Assembly (NCBI GenBank): GCA_963836235.1
Contig: CAWIIP010000001.1
Coordinates: 384,001-448,000 of the forward strand
Direction: 5' to 3'
DNA length: 64,000 bases
DNA from: an uncultured Pseudomonadota bacterium
Lineage (GTDB): Bacteria; Oederibacteriota; Muellerivitia; Muellerivitales; Muellerivitaceae
The notes under the pieces are model-generated. The model ran no database searches and had not been told where the DNA came from. It worked only from the letters and a program-made list of their open reading frames with translations. Each line of letters opens with the position of its first letter. The first letter of the stretch is position 1. Below, piece by piece: positions 25,719-36,193 of this stretch. The position numbers and the translations under genes were made by a program.

Positions 25719-26078
25719 TCAGGTGGACGGCGAAAGAAAAAAACGTCCGCAAGCCACGAAGAGGGATAAGGACATGAGGGCGAAAGTGACCCCCGCTTCC
25801 CCAATCTCATGGCGCCTCAAGCGGAAACGGACAGCCAAAACCATGATGACGGCAATGCCCAAGGCGGCCAAAGGCGTCAACCAGGGAAAGAGCCGGGCGG
25901 CCGGGGGAAGGAGTAATCCTCCGGCCCCCAAAATCTCGCTGACCCCGATGAAAAGAAGAAGCCCCACGTCGCCCAAACCCTGGGCCTTCATGGTTTCGGG
26001 CTTGAAGATCTTCAAAGACCCATCAATTAAAAAAATGAGGGCCAACAGAACCTGGGCGATCCATAACAAAGTATTCAT
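25719..26078 (-). CDS. DoxX-like membrane protein
   Basis: LWIAQVLLA.IF...G..K, IG..EILGA.GLLLP. Confidence 0.8.
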   Translation of the reverse strand: MNTLLWIAQVLLALIFLIDGSLKIFKPETMKAQGLGDVGLLLFIGVSEILGAGGLLLPPAARLFPWLTPLAALGIAVIMVLAVRFRLRRHEIGEAGVTFALMSLSLFVACGRFFLSPST

Positions 26079-26492
26079 AAGCCCCCCCGTTAAAAGGCTT
26101 CTCCCCACCGGGTTATTCCCTACCGCTTATTTGCAATCGACACCGCAATGAAATTTGCCGCGCGACATCATTCCCTTGCTCTTCAAGACTTTCCCCCCGC
26201 ATCCCGCGCAGGTTTGTAAACTTTCTTGGCTTTTGCCTTGGCTTTTTTCATCTAACCCTCCTTTTGATAGGAACATTCAAACGTCCCTTGTCATTTATCT
26301 TAGGCAAAACTCCATCCGGGATTTATGACCTAAGGCAGGTTAAACGAGGATTTTTATTCAAAAAAAAGCCCCGGAAATACCAGCCTTCCGGGGCAAGGAC
26401 TTGAACCTTTAATTTACGGCGCTGTTCAGTCTCAGTTGGCATTAACCAGAGGTAGCGGACGAAGTTCAAAAAGCAAAACTGCTGCCGACCGA

Positions 26493-26675
26493 TTAAACAT
26501 TGGCCGTGTCAAAAAAGTTGACGCCGGCCTCAAAGGCTTTTTGGATGATGGACCTGGCCTGGTCCTCGCCCAAGGCCCATGCATGGGTACCGCCCTGGGG
26601 GTTGCCGAAACTCATGCAACCCAGGCAAAGGCGCGATATTTTCAAACCGGTGTTTCCTAAACGGACATATTCCAA
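26493..26675 (-). pseudogene. N-terminal fragment of an aldo/keto reductase
   Basis: YVRLGNTGLKISRLCLGCMSFG...GVNFFDTANV then stop at 60 aa. Confidence 0.85.
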
Positions 26676-26705
26676 GAAAAGCCTCCCCGCGAAATTAATT
26701 CCGTC

Positions 26706-27557
26706 TCAAACGCCTTGAGTGGGCCAGCCCGACTCCTCCATGGCCATTTCGGCGGCCTCGCGGCCGGTAAGGGTCGTCCGCCATTTCGTCGCCACGATCC
26801 GGTATCCGGTCACCCCGTCGGATTCGGGCGAAGAGAGCCAAATCAGCGGCGGAACCATGATGGCGGCGTCCAGCAGGGACGCCCGCAGGCCCTCCCGCGC
26901 TTCCACCGGGATCATTCCGGTGAGGACCGCTCCACCGGGAAGAAGCTCGTTCACGGTCACCCCCGTTCCGGCCAGATCCTGGGCCCAGATAATTGTCGCC
27001 GACTCAAGCGCTGCCTTGGAGGGGCCGTAGGGCGAGAACCCCCGTCGGCGTTTCGTCTCGTGATTGATCGAGATGTTGATGATCCGGCCCCAGCCAGCCT
27101 TGAGCATGATCGGCACGGCGCTTCGCGCCATCAGGAAGGGGCCGTTGACGTTGGTATCGATCACCATGCGCCAAGCCTTCGGATCGACCATCCAGAACTG
27201 GGTGGGCTTGGTCATGAAGTTCGGGCTGACGTGCTTCATGCCGCGCCCGGCGTTATTGACCAGGATATCGAGCCGCCCGAAGCGCTTGACCGTATCCTCC
27301 ACGACCCGGCCACAGTCCTCTTCCCTCGTGACATCGGCGATGAGGGGCAGCACCTTTTCCTCACCGCATTCCTGGCTGACTTCGCGCGCGAGGGACTCGA
27401 TCTCCGGGCGTTCAAGCGCGGCGGTGGCCACCACATTGGCCCCCGCGCGGGCAAGCCCGAGTACCATGGCCCGCCCCAGTCCCCTTCCCCCGCCCGTGAC
27501 GATGGCCACCTTCCCCGAAAGCGTTCCCAATTCCATTTTTTTCTTCTCCATGTTCAA
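26706..27557 (-). CDS. SDR-family oxidoreductase
   Basis: TGGGRGLG, NNAG, YGPSK. Confidence 0.92.
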   Translation of the reverse strand: MNMEKKKMELGTLSGKVAIVTGGGRGLGRAMVLGLARAGANVVATAALERPEIESLAREVSQECGEEKVLPLIADVTREEDCGRVVEDTVKRFGRLDILVNNAGRGMKHVSPNFMTKPTQFWMVDPKAWRMVIDTNVNGPFLMARSAVPIMLKAGWGRIINISINHETKRRRGFSPYGPSKAALESATIIWAQDLAGTGVTVNELLPGGAVLTGMIPVEAREGLRASLLDAAIMVPPLIWLSSPESDGVTGYRIVATKWRTTLTGREAAEMAMEESGWPTQGV

Positions 27558-27581
27558 CGGCCCGCCAAGAGGCCTAACGGA

Positions 27582-28070
27582 TCAAAAATAATCCAAGGGG
27601 AGCGTTTCCCGTGGTTTGATATGCGGCACATATTTAGGGGTTTTCATGGCCAAACCCCGAGCGTGAGCCGTTTCCTCGTCCGAAAGGCCTTTTTGAATCA
27701 TAAAATCCTGCTTCGGATAGATCAGGTCCGGGTCCTTGATCGAATCCCGGTTGGCCTTGAAGATCGAAGGCCATTGGAAATTATCCCCGTAAATATCCCG
27801 CTTGCCCGCGATGCCCCAAAGGGTGTCATGGCGGACCACTCTATAGCTTAAGGAAGGAACCGGCGCGGGCTTTTCCGCAGCCACCTTCTCGGTGGTGGCT
27901 GGCTGTTTGGGAACTTCCGTGTTTTCAATCCGCTTTTTACTGTTGCAACCGTAAATCAGGAATCCAACCGCCCCCATGGTTAAAAAAAACGCCGCGATTC
28001 CTCTGCGGTTTATCCCCCCGGCTTTATTTCGCGGTTTTCGGACTCCTTCTTTTTCCATTTTCCTGGCCAT
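27582..28070 (-). CDS. LysM-domain lipoprotein
   Basis: Lipobox-like IYGC; YRVVRHDTLWGIA....YG....W..IFKAN..IKDPDLIYP. Confidence 0.85.
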   Translation of the reverse strand: MARKMEKEGVRKPRNKAGGINRRGIAAFFLTMGAVGFLIYGCNSKKRIENTEVPKQPATTEKVAAEKPAPVPSLSYRVVRHDTLWGIAGKRDIYGDNFQWPSIFKANRDSIKDPDLIYPKQDFMIQKGLSDEETAHARGLAMKTPKYVPHIKPRETLPLDYF

Positions 28071-28144
28071 GGTGACCCTCCTTATTTTCCGTGCTCGATA
28101 ACAACAATATTAACTTTTAAACCCGTTGCGCCTTATGACCAGGA

Positions 28145-28429
28145 TCAGCTTGTTTTTAGTTCCATTTTTTTATAACCAGCCTCGAAAAATTCCTTGAAGG
28201 CTTTTCGGGCTTCTCCGGCGTCATTTCCGTCGAATGTCAATTCCAACTCCGCGCCGTGGGTGGCGCCTAGGGCCAGCAGGCCGAGGATGCTTCGGGCATC
28301 GGCGGGGCCACCCTTGTTCCGGATGGATATGCGACTCGAGAAGCGGGAAGACATCTGGACCAGCTCGGCGGCGTCCCTCATGGAAAGGCCTACGGGGTTT
28401 TGGACCGACATTTTTTCAGTGATTCTCAT
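28145..28429 (-). CDS. HPr-like protein lacking the active-site His
   Basis: NPVGLSMRDAA in place of GLHARPA; ADARSILGLL retained. Confidence 0.8.
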   Translation of the reverse strand: MRITEKMSVQNPVGLSMRDAAELVQMSSRFSSRISIRNKGGPADARSILGLLALGATHGAELELTFDGNDAGEARKAFKEFFEAGYKKMELKTS

Positions 28430-28586
28430 AGATAATCTCCTTCGAACGACGATAAAGCCAATGGCCGGAAAACCGCCTGGCCGTTGTGGGTTTGTTCTAT
28501 TGGATTCTTCCGTGCCCGTCAAAACAAATCCCCCAGCGGTGACCGCAGGGGGATGTTTCTTCACAACAGGAAAGAGAAAGTACGGG

Positions 28587-28820
28587 CTACCGGATTATTT
28601 GGTGGGGGGGGGTCGAAGGTGTCTCGACAGGCGTTTCTTTTTTCTCCTCCTTTTTAGCCTTCTTCACTTTCTTCTTTTTCTCCTTCTTCACCGCCTTGGC
28701 TGGAGCGGGAGTGGCAGAAACGGCGGGAGTGCCCGCCGGGTCCGGGGTTTCATCGGCCAAGATCATCCCGGTGACCCCCATAAAAATAACGGCCATCATC
28801 GCGACTAGTAAACGCTTCAT
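28587..28820 (-). CDS. Small secreted Lys-rich protein
   Basis: AGGAGG RBS, signal-peptide-like N-terminus, Crp-type box upstream, hairpin downstream. Confidence 0.65.
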   Translation of the reverse strand: MKRLLVAMMAVIFMGVTGMILADETPDPAGTPAVSATPAPAKAVKKEKKKKVKKAKKEEKKETPVETPSTPPHQIIR

Positions 28821-29088
28821 GAAATCCTCCTTAAGGATCAGAATCGCGATAATTTAATCCAAAAAGGCCGGGATCTTTATGATCTTGGACAGGATAATGA
28901 TTTTTTTGGAAAAAGTGACAATCAGTCAAAAAAAGGGCTAGTGGACGATCGATCATTGTTCTCAAAGGAAAAGCCATTTTTAAATTCGAGCCAAATCATG
29001 ACTTAAATCATAAAGGCCAAAACCGGACTCAATTAACATTCCTCCACTCAAGACAACCATTCGAGAAGAAAAACAGAGGAGGTTATTA

Positions 29089-30350
29089 ATGCCCAATACC
29101 GAGATAAAGCCCCTGGACCCTCAAAAATACTATCGGATGCCTTGGTCCCTGAGCGACAACGGAATTTTCTGGCTGGAGGTCACTTCCCAATGCAACCTTA
29201 CCTGTGAGGGCTGTTACCACGAGAACATTTTGAACGGCCACAAGACCCTGGAAACCATCGAGGAGGAATTCAAGGTCATCAAGGCCCTGCGAAAGGTCGA
29301 CAGCGTCAGCATCGCCGGGGGCGAACCCCTTTTGCATCCCCAAATCCTGGAGATCGTCAAAATGGTGCGCCGTTACGGTTGGAAGCCCATCATGAACACC
29401 AACGGGCTGGCCCTGACTCACGAGCTTTTAAAAAACCTGAAAAAAGCCGGTTTATTTGGTTTCACATTCCATATAGATACCACCCAGAAGAGGCGGGATT
29501 CCCATGCCCACACAGAGCAGGAACACATCGCCCTGCGCGAACATTTGGCCGAATTGGTCCATAACGAGGGCGGGTTGGTCTGCGGCTTCAACCAAACCGT
29601 CTCCGAGCAGACCCTGGACCAGGTTCCGGACATCGTGCGTTGGGCCGAGAAATTCCCCGAAATGATCAACACCATGGTCTTTATCTTGTTCCGCACTCCC
29701 GGCATGTCGGCCAATTTCGATTTTTATGCCTTCGGCAAGAAGGTGGACCTCTATGAGACCTACATTCCCACCAAATGGGGGGGAAAAAAAATCTCAAGGC
29801 CCACGATATCGTGGCCAAGATCCGGGAAGCGGACCCGGCCTACGAGCCGGCCGGTTACCTGAACGGAACCATCGAGGCCAACGACATGAAATGGACCCTG
29901 GCCACCCGGATCGCCAACAAAAAAAGGACCTTCGGTTACACCAGCCCCAAGTTCATGGAATTCGTCCAGACCTGGCACCACAAGCATATCGGCACCTGGC
30001 TGAGTTACGCCTCGCCCGCCCTGCTTCGCGCCGGAAGGTCCACCCTCCTGTTCCTGGGCTGGGGCGACAAGGCCATGCGCAAATCCCTTTTTAAATTCCT
30101 TTTGGACCCGACGGCCTGGTTTCGCCGGGTCTACCTGCAGAACTTCGCCATCATCCAGCCCGTGGACCTCCTGGCGGATGGCCGGATGAGCATGTGCGAC
30201 AGCTGTCCCGACATCACCGTCCACGAGGGAAAACTTTATTGGAGCTGCCGGCTGGAGGAAATCAAGAAGTACGGCACTTTCGTAACGGCGGTCCCCAAGA
30301 CTTCCATTCATAAAGATAGGGTGGCAAAAACCTTACAAGAAACTCATTAA
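29089..30350 (+). CDS. Radical SAM protein, frameshifted at the G7A8 run (~29777-29791)
   Basis: CNLTCEGC motif, GGEPLLHP; second half in ORF 29775..30350. Confidence 0.8.
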
Positions 30351-30362
30351 CACAGAGTTTTC

Positions 30363-30707
30363 CTAATGGACTAGTTTCCGGTGGTGGGACGGATGGAAAG
30401 CGGCGGCATTTAAATTGTGATCATGCTCCAGAAGAAACGACTTCATCTTTTGAAGGAACGGATAGATTTTTTCAAAATCCAGGTCCTGCATTCCATACCA
30501 GGCTTCGGTATCGGCTTCCTCGAGGGGGGCGAAATAGTCGTACCATTCCCGTACTAATCCCTGATCTTTGAGGTTGGCTAAATCTAAATCTTTCCGCAAT
30601 CCGCACACCAGGGCATGAAAATTGACCCTCCCGTTGTAATAATCCCGGATCAACAGGGTCATTTTTTTCCATAGGTGGAATTGGGAATTATTCATTTCAT
30701 CCTCCAA
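30363..30707 (-). CDS. Hypothetical protein
   Basis: ORF downstream of crp, GGAGG before MNNSQ. Confidence 0.5.
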   Translation of the reverse strand: MEDEMNNSQFHLWKKMTLLIRDYYNGRVNFHALVCGLRKDLDLANLKDQGLVREWYDYFAPLEEADTEAWYGMQDLDFEKIYPFLQKMKSFLLEHDHNLNAAAFHPSHHRKLVH

Positions 30708-30930
30708 ATGCGGAGGAACACAGGAAATGGATCTGGGCTTTATGGGCTAAACGAAACAAGGGGTTCACTGAAGTCGAATGGAATCTATTGAAAAGCCTAG
30801 GTTTCAGACAGGTTTTATCTCCTTTTGAATTATCCGTTTTATTTCCATTTCGGTAAACTTTTTTGATTTTCACCAAAGTCCTCCTATTTGTCATTAACTC
30901 AAATAAACCCCCCAAATTTAATTTCAATAC

Positions 30931-31626
30931 CTAAAGCTCTTCTATCAGATTTTTCAGTTTTTCAATACTCTTAATGATAATCTTGCCATGGGTAGAAGAA
31001 AACCATCCGGAGTTTTTCAGGCGAGAGAAGATGCGTATGCAGGTTTCTACGGAGACCCCCGCGATTTCCGCGATTTCCTTCCGGGTCAAGGGGATAGTAG
31101 TTCCGTATTCCCCCGCCATTTCAATGAGTGCATGCAGGAGGCGTTTTTCGGCGCTTTCCACTGAGATAGTTTCCATTTCTTTGGCTTTGCGAAGGAGTTG
31201 AGAAATATGGAAAATCACGGCTTTTGCGACATCGGGATACTGGCCCATGATGTCCTGGAAAACCTGATTGGGAACGGCAATCACCGTGGCTTCGGTCTCC
31301 GCCATAGCGTAAACGCCGTACTCACTTTGGTCGAAAGCGGAAACTCCGAACATGCCTTCGGGTCCCTTGGTGGCAACGGTATGGCTTTTGCCTTCCAAAG
31401 AATAATGGGCCAGCTTGACGTGGCCTTCCTTGACGAACCAAAGGTAATCGGGCCGGTCATCCTCCTTAAATATGTATTCATGCTTGGCGAGGGTTTTCTG
31501 GAGGATATTTTTTTCATGTTCCCGCAGGACCTTCGGGAGGATTTTATTGAAAGGGTCTAGGGTGGAAAGGGAACTTTTTCGGGCTCCCGGGACATCCAAC
31601 CGCTTGGTTCTTATTATCGTCAACAT
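30931..31626 (-). CDS. Crp/Fnr family regulator (paralog of 18363-19058)
   Basis: WFVKEGHVK, GMFGVSAF, ESAEKR, LTRKEIAEIAGVSVETCIR shared with the first copy. Confidence 0.92.
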   Translation of the reverse strand: MLTIIRTKRLDVPGARKSSLSTLDPFNKILPKVLREHEKNILQKTLAKHEYIFKEDDRPDYLWFVKEGHVKLAHYSLEGKSHTVATKGPEGMFGVSAFDQSEYGVYAMAETEATVIAVPNQVFQDIMGQYPDVAKAVIFHISQLLRKAKEMETISVESAEKRLLHALIEMAGEYGTTIPLTRKEIAEIAGVSVETCIRIFSRLKNSGWFSSTHGKIIIKSIEKLKNLIEEL

Positions 31627-32150
31627 GTCGACCTCCTCGGGTGTAGCCGGAAGCTTATATAACAATGATTAAAGGTGTAATAAGACTGCCGTCTTAGAGT
31701 AGTGATCATAATTAGGTCTTAAAATTCACTTATGACCTAAATCACAAACGGAGAAATAATTTGTCGAAGGAATTGATTGGGTAATCAAAATGCGGTTTAA
31801 AAATTATTTCACTTTGATAGGAATTATATTTTCTGAAATTGATATCGGGCGATCTTGAGCCATTCAATTTAAGCCGTTATTTCATTTTTTAAAAAGCCCT
31901 TTTTCTGGCGGTTTTTTCCCTTTCGGACAACCGGATTATTGAGTAGGTCGTTTAACTATTGAACATCAACAATGCTGACTATAATTTCTTCCGCCGTCCC
32001 TTTCGATTGTCCGAAATCAATGTTTTCCTGCCCCAATTAAGTCCAATCCAAATATACAACTTAAATTTTTTAAACCTGACTTTCATCATAAAGGTTTCAC
32101 TCTCGGAGTCTTATAAAAGATTCTCAAATTATTTTAAAAGGAGGTGCTGT

Positions 32151-32618
32151 ATGGCATTAACCAAAACAAATGGTGAGGAAAGGGCGCTCTCGCTGTTCCG
32201 GCCCTGGGCTTTTGACCGGAGCATCCGCCAGCTATTCGACAACTTCCAGGATTTTTCCAAGGAATTGGATTTCCCCATCATGGGCCGCGAGCTTTTTCCC
32301 TCGGTGGACATATCGGAGACGCCCCAGCAATACAACATCCGGGCGGAAATCCCGGGGATGAAAAAGGAGGACACTAAGATTTCCGTCAACAACAACGTCC
32401 TCACCATTTCAGGCGAGAAAAAGTCCGAGACCAAGACCGACGACAAAAAATTTCACCGTGTGGAAAGTTATTATGGCTCTTTCCAGCGCAGTTTCGTCCT
32501 TCCTGACGGCATCAAAACGGACAAGGTGGAAGCCAATTTCAAAGACGGTGTTTTGACGATAGCTGTCCCCAAAAGCGAGGAAGCTAAGTCCAAAACCGTC
32601 GAAATCAAAGTGGGATAA
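32151..32618 (+). CDS. Hsp20/alpha-crystallin small heat-shock protein
   Basis: PSVDISET, AEIPG, YGSFQRSF.LP, FKDGVLTI; AGGAGG RBS. Confidence 0.93.
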   Translation: MALTKTNGEERALSLFRPWAFDRSIRQLFDNFQDFSKELDFPIMGRELFPSVDISETPQQYNIRAEIPGMKKEDTKISVNNNVLTISGEKKSETKTDDKKFHRVESYYGSFQRSFVLPDGIKTDKVEANFKDGVLTIAVPKSEEAKSKTVEIKVG

Positions 32619-32659
32619 GCCGGTGGGTAAATTGGTGTGGCCCCATCTGGCTGAGGATG

Positions 32660-32692
32660 GAAAGCCCCGGTGTAAAACCGGGGCTTTCATTT
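32660..32692 (+). terminator. Rho-independent terminator after hsp20
   Basis: GAAAGCCCCGG-TGTAAAA-CCGGGGCTTTC then T-rich. Confidence 0.7.
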
Positions 32693-32711
32693 TATTAGTC
32701 GGGAGTAGCCC

Positions 32712-33185
32712 ATGAAACGCGAACCATTCCTTTCCGCGCTCAGGAGCGGGCATCATTCCGCCCTCGTTGTCGGCATGGTGATCCAGCAATGCTTCGATAA
32801 AATCCAATGCGACGCCGCAGAGGAGGTCTTTCGGGGATTGCCCGAAATGGTTGCGGTGTTTTTTCATAGCGAACTAAAACCCCATTTTGCTTCCGAAGAA
32901 AGCATCATTCAGGTTTTCCGGGACCGTTTGGATAAGAAACACTCACAAAGGATCTATTCGGATCACCGTTACTTGATTTCTCTTATCCAAGACGGCTCCC
33001 TTGAAGCATTGAACGAATTCGCGGTCTTCCTAGCCGCCCATATCCAATTCGAGGAGGAGGAATTTTATCCAACATTGGAAAAAATCCTCCAACCCGGGGA
33101 AAAACAGGCCGTCGCTTTGTATTTCGAGAAAACCCTTCCCTCATTTTCCGAAATTGAGCGGGAAAAAGAACCGAAGCCTGGATAA
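32712..33185 (+). CDS. Hemerythrin-like domain protein
   Basis: HH...HFASEE...DH...HIQFEEEEFYP pattern. Confidence 0.75.
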   Translation: MKREPFLSALRSGHHSALVVGMVIQQCFDKIQCDAAEEVFRGLPEMVAVFFHSELKPHFASEESIIQVFRDRLDKKHSQRIYSDHRYLISLIQDGSLEALNEFAVFLAAHIQFEEEEFYPTLEKILQPGEKQAVALYFEKTLPSFSEIEREKEPKPG

Positions 33186-33235
33186 AGCAGACTTCCATCC
33201 GGATTTGACGAACCGGAAAAAACTGGAGACTTGCC

Positions 33236-34282
33236 GTGCTTTATTCCAAGCCGCTTTTTGATAAAAAGACTACGAAAAATGAGCCTCGGAGGATCATCCA
33301 GGAAACGCAACTTCTCCTTCTTCCTTTTTACTCTAAATTCCTTCCAAAAGACCTCCGAATGCGCTTATCCCCCTATTGGGGGAGGGGCTATTACGTTACA
33401 GAAGTTTTTGCGGAGGCGGTCTTTCTGGCTTTTATCCTCCTGGCCCTCGGGAGCTTGGTGGCGGGCCGGAAGGGCGCTGGGGACACCCTTGTCTATGCCC
33501 TCCTTTACAGTTTCCTTTGGATCACCTGGCTTGGGCTGGTCCGCTGGTTCTCCCAACGTTCCGCGTTGGCGGCTTATGTCCGGGGGTTTGGACCTTGGGT
33601 TTCTGTCATGCTCAGTTACAACCTGGTGGGAAAGTTAATCCGGTTGGTCCATCCCGCAATCTATGACGACCAGCTTCAGGATTTGAGCGACCATTTTGGA
33701 ATAAACCCCACTAATGAAAAATTCCGATTCTTGGAAAACCACCCAGGCTGGGTGGATTTTTTCTCCCTGCTTTACCTGGGGCTGTTCGCCTGGCTGTTCC
33801 TGTTCCTTTTTTACTATTCCCTGCGCCGACGCTCCCGCTATCAGGACTTGATGCTGGGATTTATGCTGATTTACGCCGTGGGTTTCATGGGCTACCTTTT
33901 ATATCCGGCCCAGGGCCCGCGATACGCCTCCCCCGAACAATGGGCCCGGCTCAAGGGAGGATGGGCCTTTAACCTCATGAACGGGATCGTATCCCATATG
34001 GGAGCCAAATGGGACGTGTTCCCCAGCCTTCATGCCGCCATCGCCTTTTATCTGTTCGGCTGGCAATGGACCCAGCACAATCCCCTTCACCGGCTTTGGT
34101 CCATCCCGCTAGTAGTAGGAATTTTGGTTTCCACGCTGGTGCTAGGTTTTCATTACCCATTGGATTTGATCAGTGGCGGACTCCTGGGAGGCCTGGCTTT
34201 TCTATTGAGTCTAGGGTGTGAGGCGAAATTCGGAAAGTGGGTGGAATCTCCCCAGGTCGGTTTCCCCGGAAGCCATTCTTGA
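33236..34282 (+). CDS. PAP2/AUR1-like membrane phosphotransferase
   Basis: YPAQGP, FPSLH, HYPLD motifs. Confidence 0.8.
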   Translation: MLYSKPLFDKKTTKNEPRRIIQETQLLLLPFYSKFLPKDLRMRLSPYWGRGYYVTEVFAEAVFLAFILLALGSLVAGRKGAGDTLVYALLYSFLWITWLGLVRWFSQRSALAAYVRGFGPWVSVMLSYNLVGKLIRLVHPAIYDDQLQDLSDHFGINPTNEKFRFLENHPGWVDFFSLLYLGLFAWLFLFLFYYSLRRRSRYQDLMLGFMLIYAVGFMGYLLYPAQGPRYASPEQWARLKGGWAFNLMNGIVSHMGAKWDVFPSLHAAIAFYLFGWQWTQHNPLHRLWSIPLVVGILVSTLVLGFHYPLDLISGGLLGGLAFLLSLGCEAKFGKWVESPQVGFPGSHS

Positions 34283-34321
34283 GTCCTTCCCGTCCAGAGT
34301 GGCCAGTCTAAGGAGGCGTCA

Positions 34322-35194
34322 ATGATTTTGGTAACTGGTGCAAAAAGCAATGTGGGGAGAGAATTGATTTTCCAACTCCTCGGCCTGAAGCAGGATGTGC
34401 GTGTCATCACCCAAAGTCGGTCCGAGGTAGCCTATCTCTCGGGCCGCGCGGAATGCTGTGTGGCCGACCCGGAAAAACCGGAAACCTTGTCCGGCATTCT
34501 GAAAGGGGCGGAGAAGATATTCCTTGCCAGCTCCAACACGCATCAGGACCAAAATATTTTGGAAGAAGCTAAAAACTCCCGGGTCGGCCTCATTGTGAAA
34601 CTCTCTGGATTCGAAGCAGATCTGCGGTCCCCTTCCTGGCACGGAAAAGCCCTCCGCGAACGGGAGGAACTGGTCCAGGCTTCCGGCTTATCCTGGACTT
34701 TCCTTCGCCCCGCCTTGTTATCGGATATGGCCCTCATCTGGGCAAGGAGCATCGCCCGGGATGGCGTTATTTATTGCCCCTGCGGCGGAGGAAAAGTCGC
34801 ACCGGTCGACCCTTACGATGTGGCCGCCGTGGCGGCCCGTGCCCTGACCCAAGACGGCCATGAGGGGCAAACCTACGCTTTGACCGGCCCTGCCCTTCTT
34901 TCTATAGAGCAGATGGCGGGGGTCTTCGCTAGGTATCTCGACAAACCCGTGGAATTCATTGCCGCCGCCGAGTCCGAGTTCATCAGGGAGTCGACCCAAT
35001 ATGGGATGCGCGATGAATCCATCCAAAAATGGTTGGAAGTATTTAAGTCAATACGCCAAGGAAAGTGCTCTTACCTCACCGACACGGTGGAACGGATCAC
35101 CGGCCATAGTCCCCGTTCCTTTGGAACCTGGTGTCAAAACCACTTGGCCGCCTTTCAACCCAGGGCCAGGGTCGAGGGCGGAGCCTACATATGA
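34322..35194 (+). CDS. NmrA-like NAD(P)-binding protein
   Basis: ILVTGA.SNVG, WTFLRP, DVAAVAA, YALTGP. Confidence 0.85.
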   Translation: MILVTGAKSNVGRELIFQLLGLKQDVRVITQSRSEVAYLSGRAECCVADPEKPETLSGILKGAEKIFLASSNTHQDQNILEEAKNSRVGLIVKLSGFEADLRSPSWHGKALREREELVQASGLSWTFLRPALLSDMALIWARSIARDGVIYCPCGGGKVAPVDPYDVAAVAARALTQDGHEGQTYALTGPALLSIEQMAGVFARYLDKPVEFIAAAESEFIRESTQYGMRDESIQKWLEVFKSIRQGKCSYLTDTVERITGHSPRSFGTWCQNHLAAFQPRARVEGGAYI

Positions 35195-35425
35195 GAACCA
35201 GAAACCCCCGAGAAGGACTTCATGCCGAATACAAAAATTTTAAAAGATTTCTTCGATGGACAACAGAGGAATTGGAAGTACTAAATCAATGCCGATGATG
35301 GCCATGGGGAGCCTCCTTACCGAAGATGCTTGTTTTTGGTTCAGGCTTTATTTCCGAGTGTTTTGGAAACAATCCATATGTTCCCAGTCATAAACCCCGT
35401 CCATTAACGAGGTTATGCTTTTCCC

Positions 35426-36193
35426 ATGGAAAAACCCGTTTCGTTCGATTTCCACGGCCAAAAGATGTTTGGGATGCTTCATGTCCCTGATGTCCGCGGA
35501 AAATGTCCGGCGGTGGTGTTTTTACACGGTTTTTCGGGGAACAAAATTGAACCCCACCGTTTGTTCGTCAAATCGGCCAGGCTCCTCGTCCTAAAAGGTA
35601 TCGTCTCAATGCGGTTCGATTTCCGTGGCTCCGGCGACAGTGAGGGAAATTTCGGAGACATGACCGTCAGCGACGAGGTCGCGGACGCGGCCAGAGCTTT
35701 CGACTTCCTTTCCCGCAAAACTTTCGTAGATCCCGACCGCATGGCTTTCCTGGGCCTCAGTCTGGGCGGCGCCGTGGCCGCCTGTGCGACGGCTTTCCGT
35801 CCCCAAGTGAAAGCCCTGGCTCTTTGGGCTCCCCTGGCCCAAATCAACCGCCTTTTCACCCTACCGACCGGCTTGAGCCGAGCGCAACTGCGCGATTGGA
35901 CAAAGCGGGGCAAAACCGATTATCACGGGAATGAGCTTGGCATCAATTGGCTAAAGGGATTGGACTATCACGATGCCTTGGAATCGGCGGCCAGGTTCAA
36001 GGGGAGGGTCCTGATCGTCCACGGCGGCCGGGACCGGGCTGTCCCCCTGTCCCAATCCCACCTTTACTTGAAAAACTTGGGCCGCCGGGCCCGGCTTCAC
36101 GTGGTCCGGGGGGCCGACCATACTTTTAACAAAGTCGAATGGGAAACTGAAGTAATCCGAAAAACCGTCCATTGGCTTAAAAAGACGCTTTAA
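35426..36193 (+). CDS. Alpha/beta hydrolase
   Basis: HGFSG, FDFRGSGDS, GLSLGG, HG..D..VP, GADH. Confidence 0.9.
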   Translation: MEKPVSFDFHGQKMFGMLHVPDVRGKCPAVVFLHGFSGNKIEPHRLFVKSARLLVLKGIVSMRFDFRGSGDSEGNFGDMTVSDEVADAARAFDFLSRKTFVDPDRMAFLGLSLGGAVAACATAFRPQVKALALWAPLAQINRLFTLPTGLSRAQLRDWTKRGKTDYHGNELGINWLKGLDYHDALESAARFKGRVLIVHGGRDRAVPLSQSHLYLKNLGRRARLHVVRGADHTFNKVEWETEVIRKTVHWLKKTL

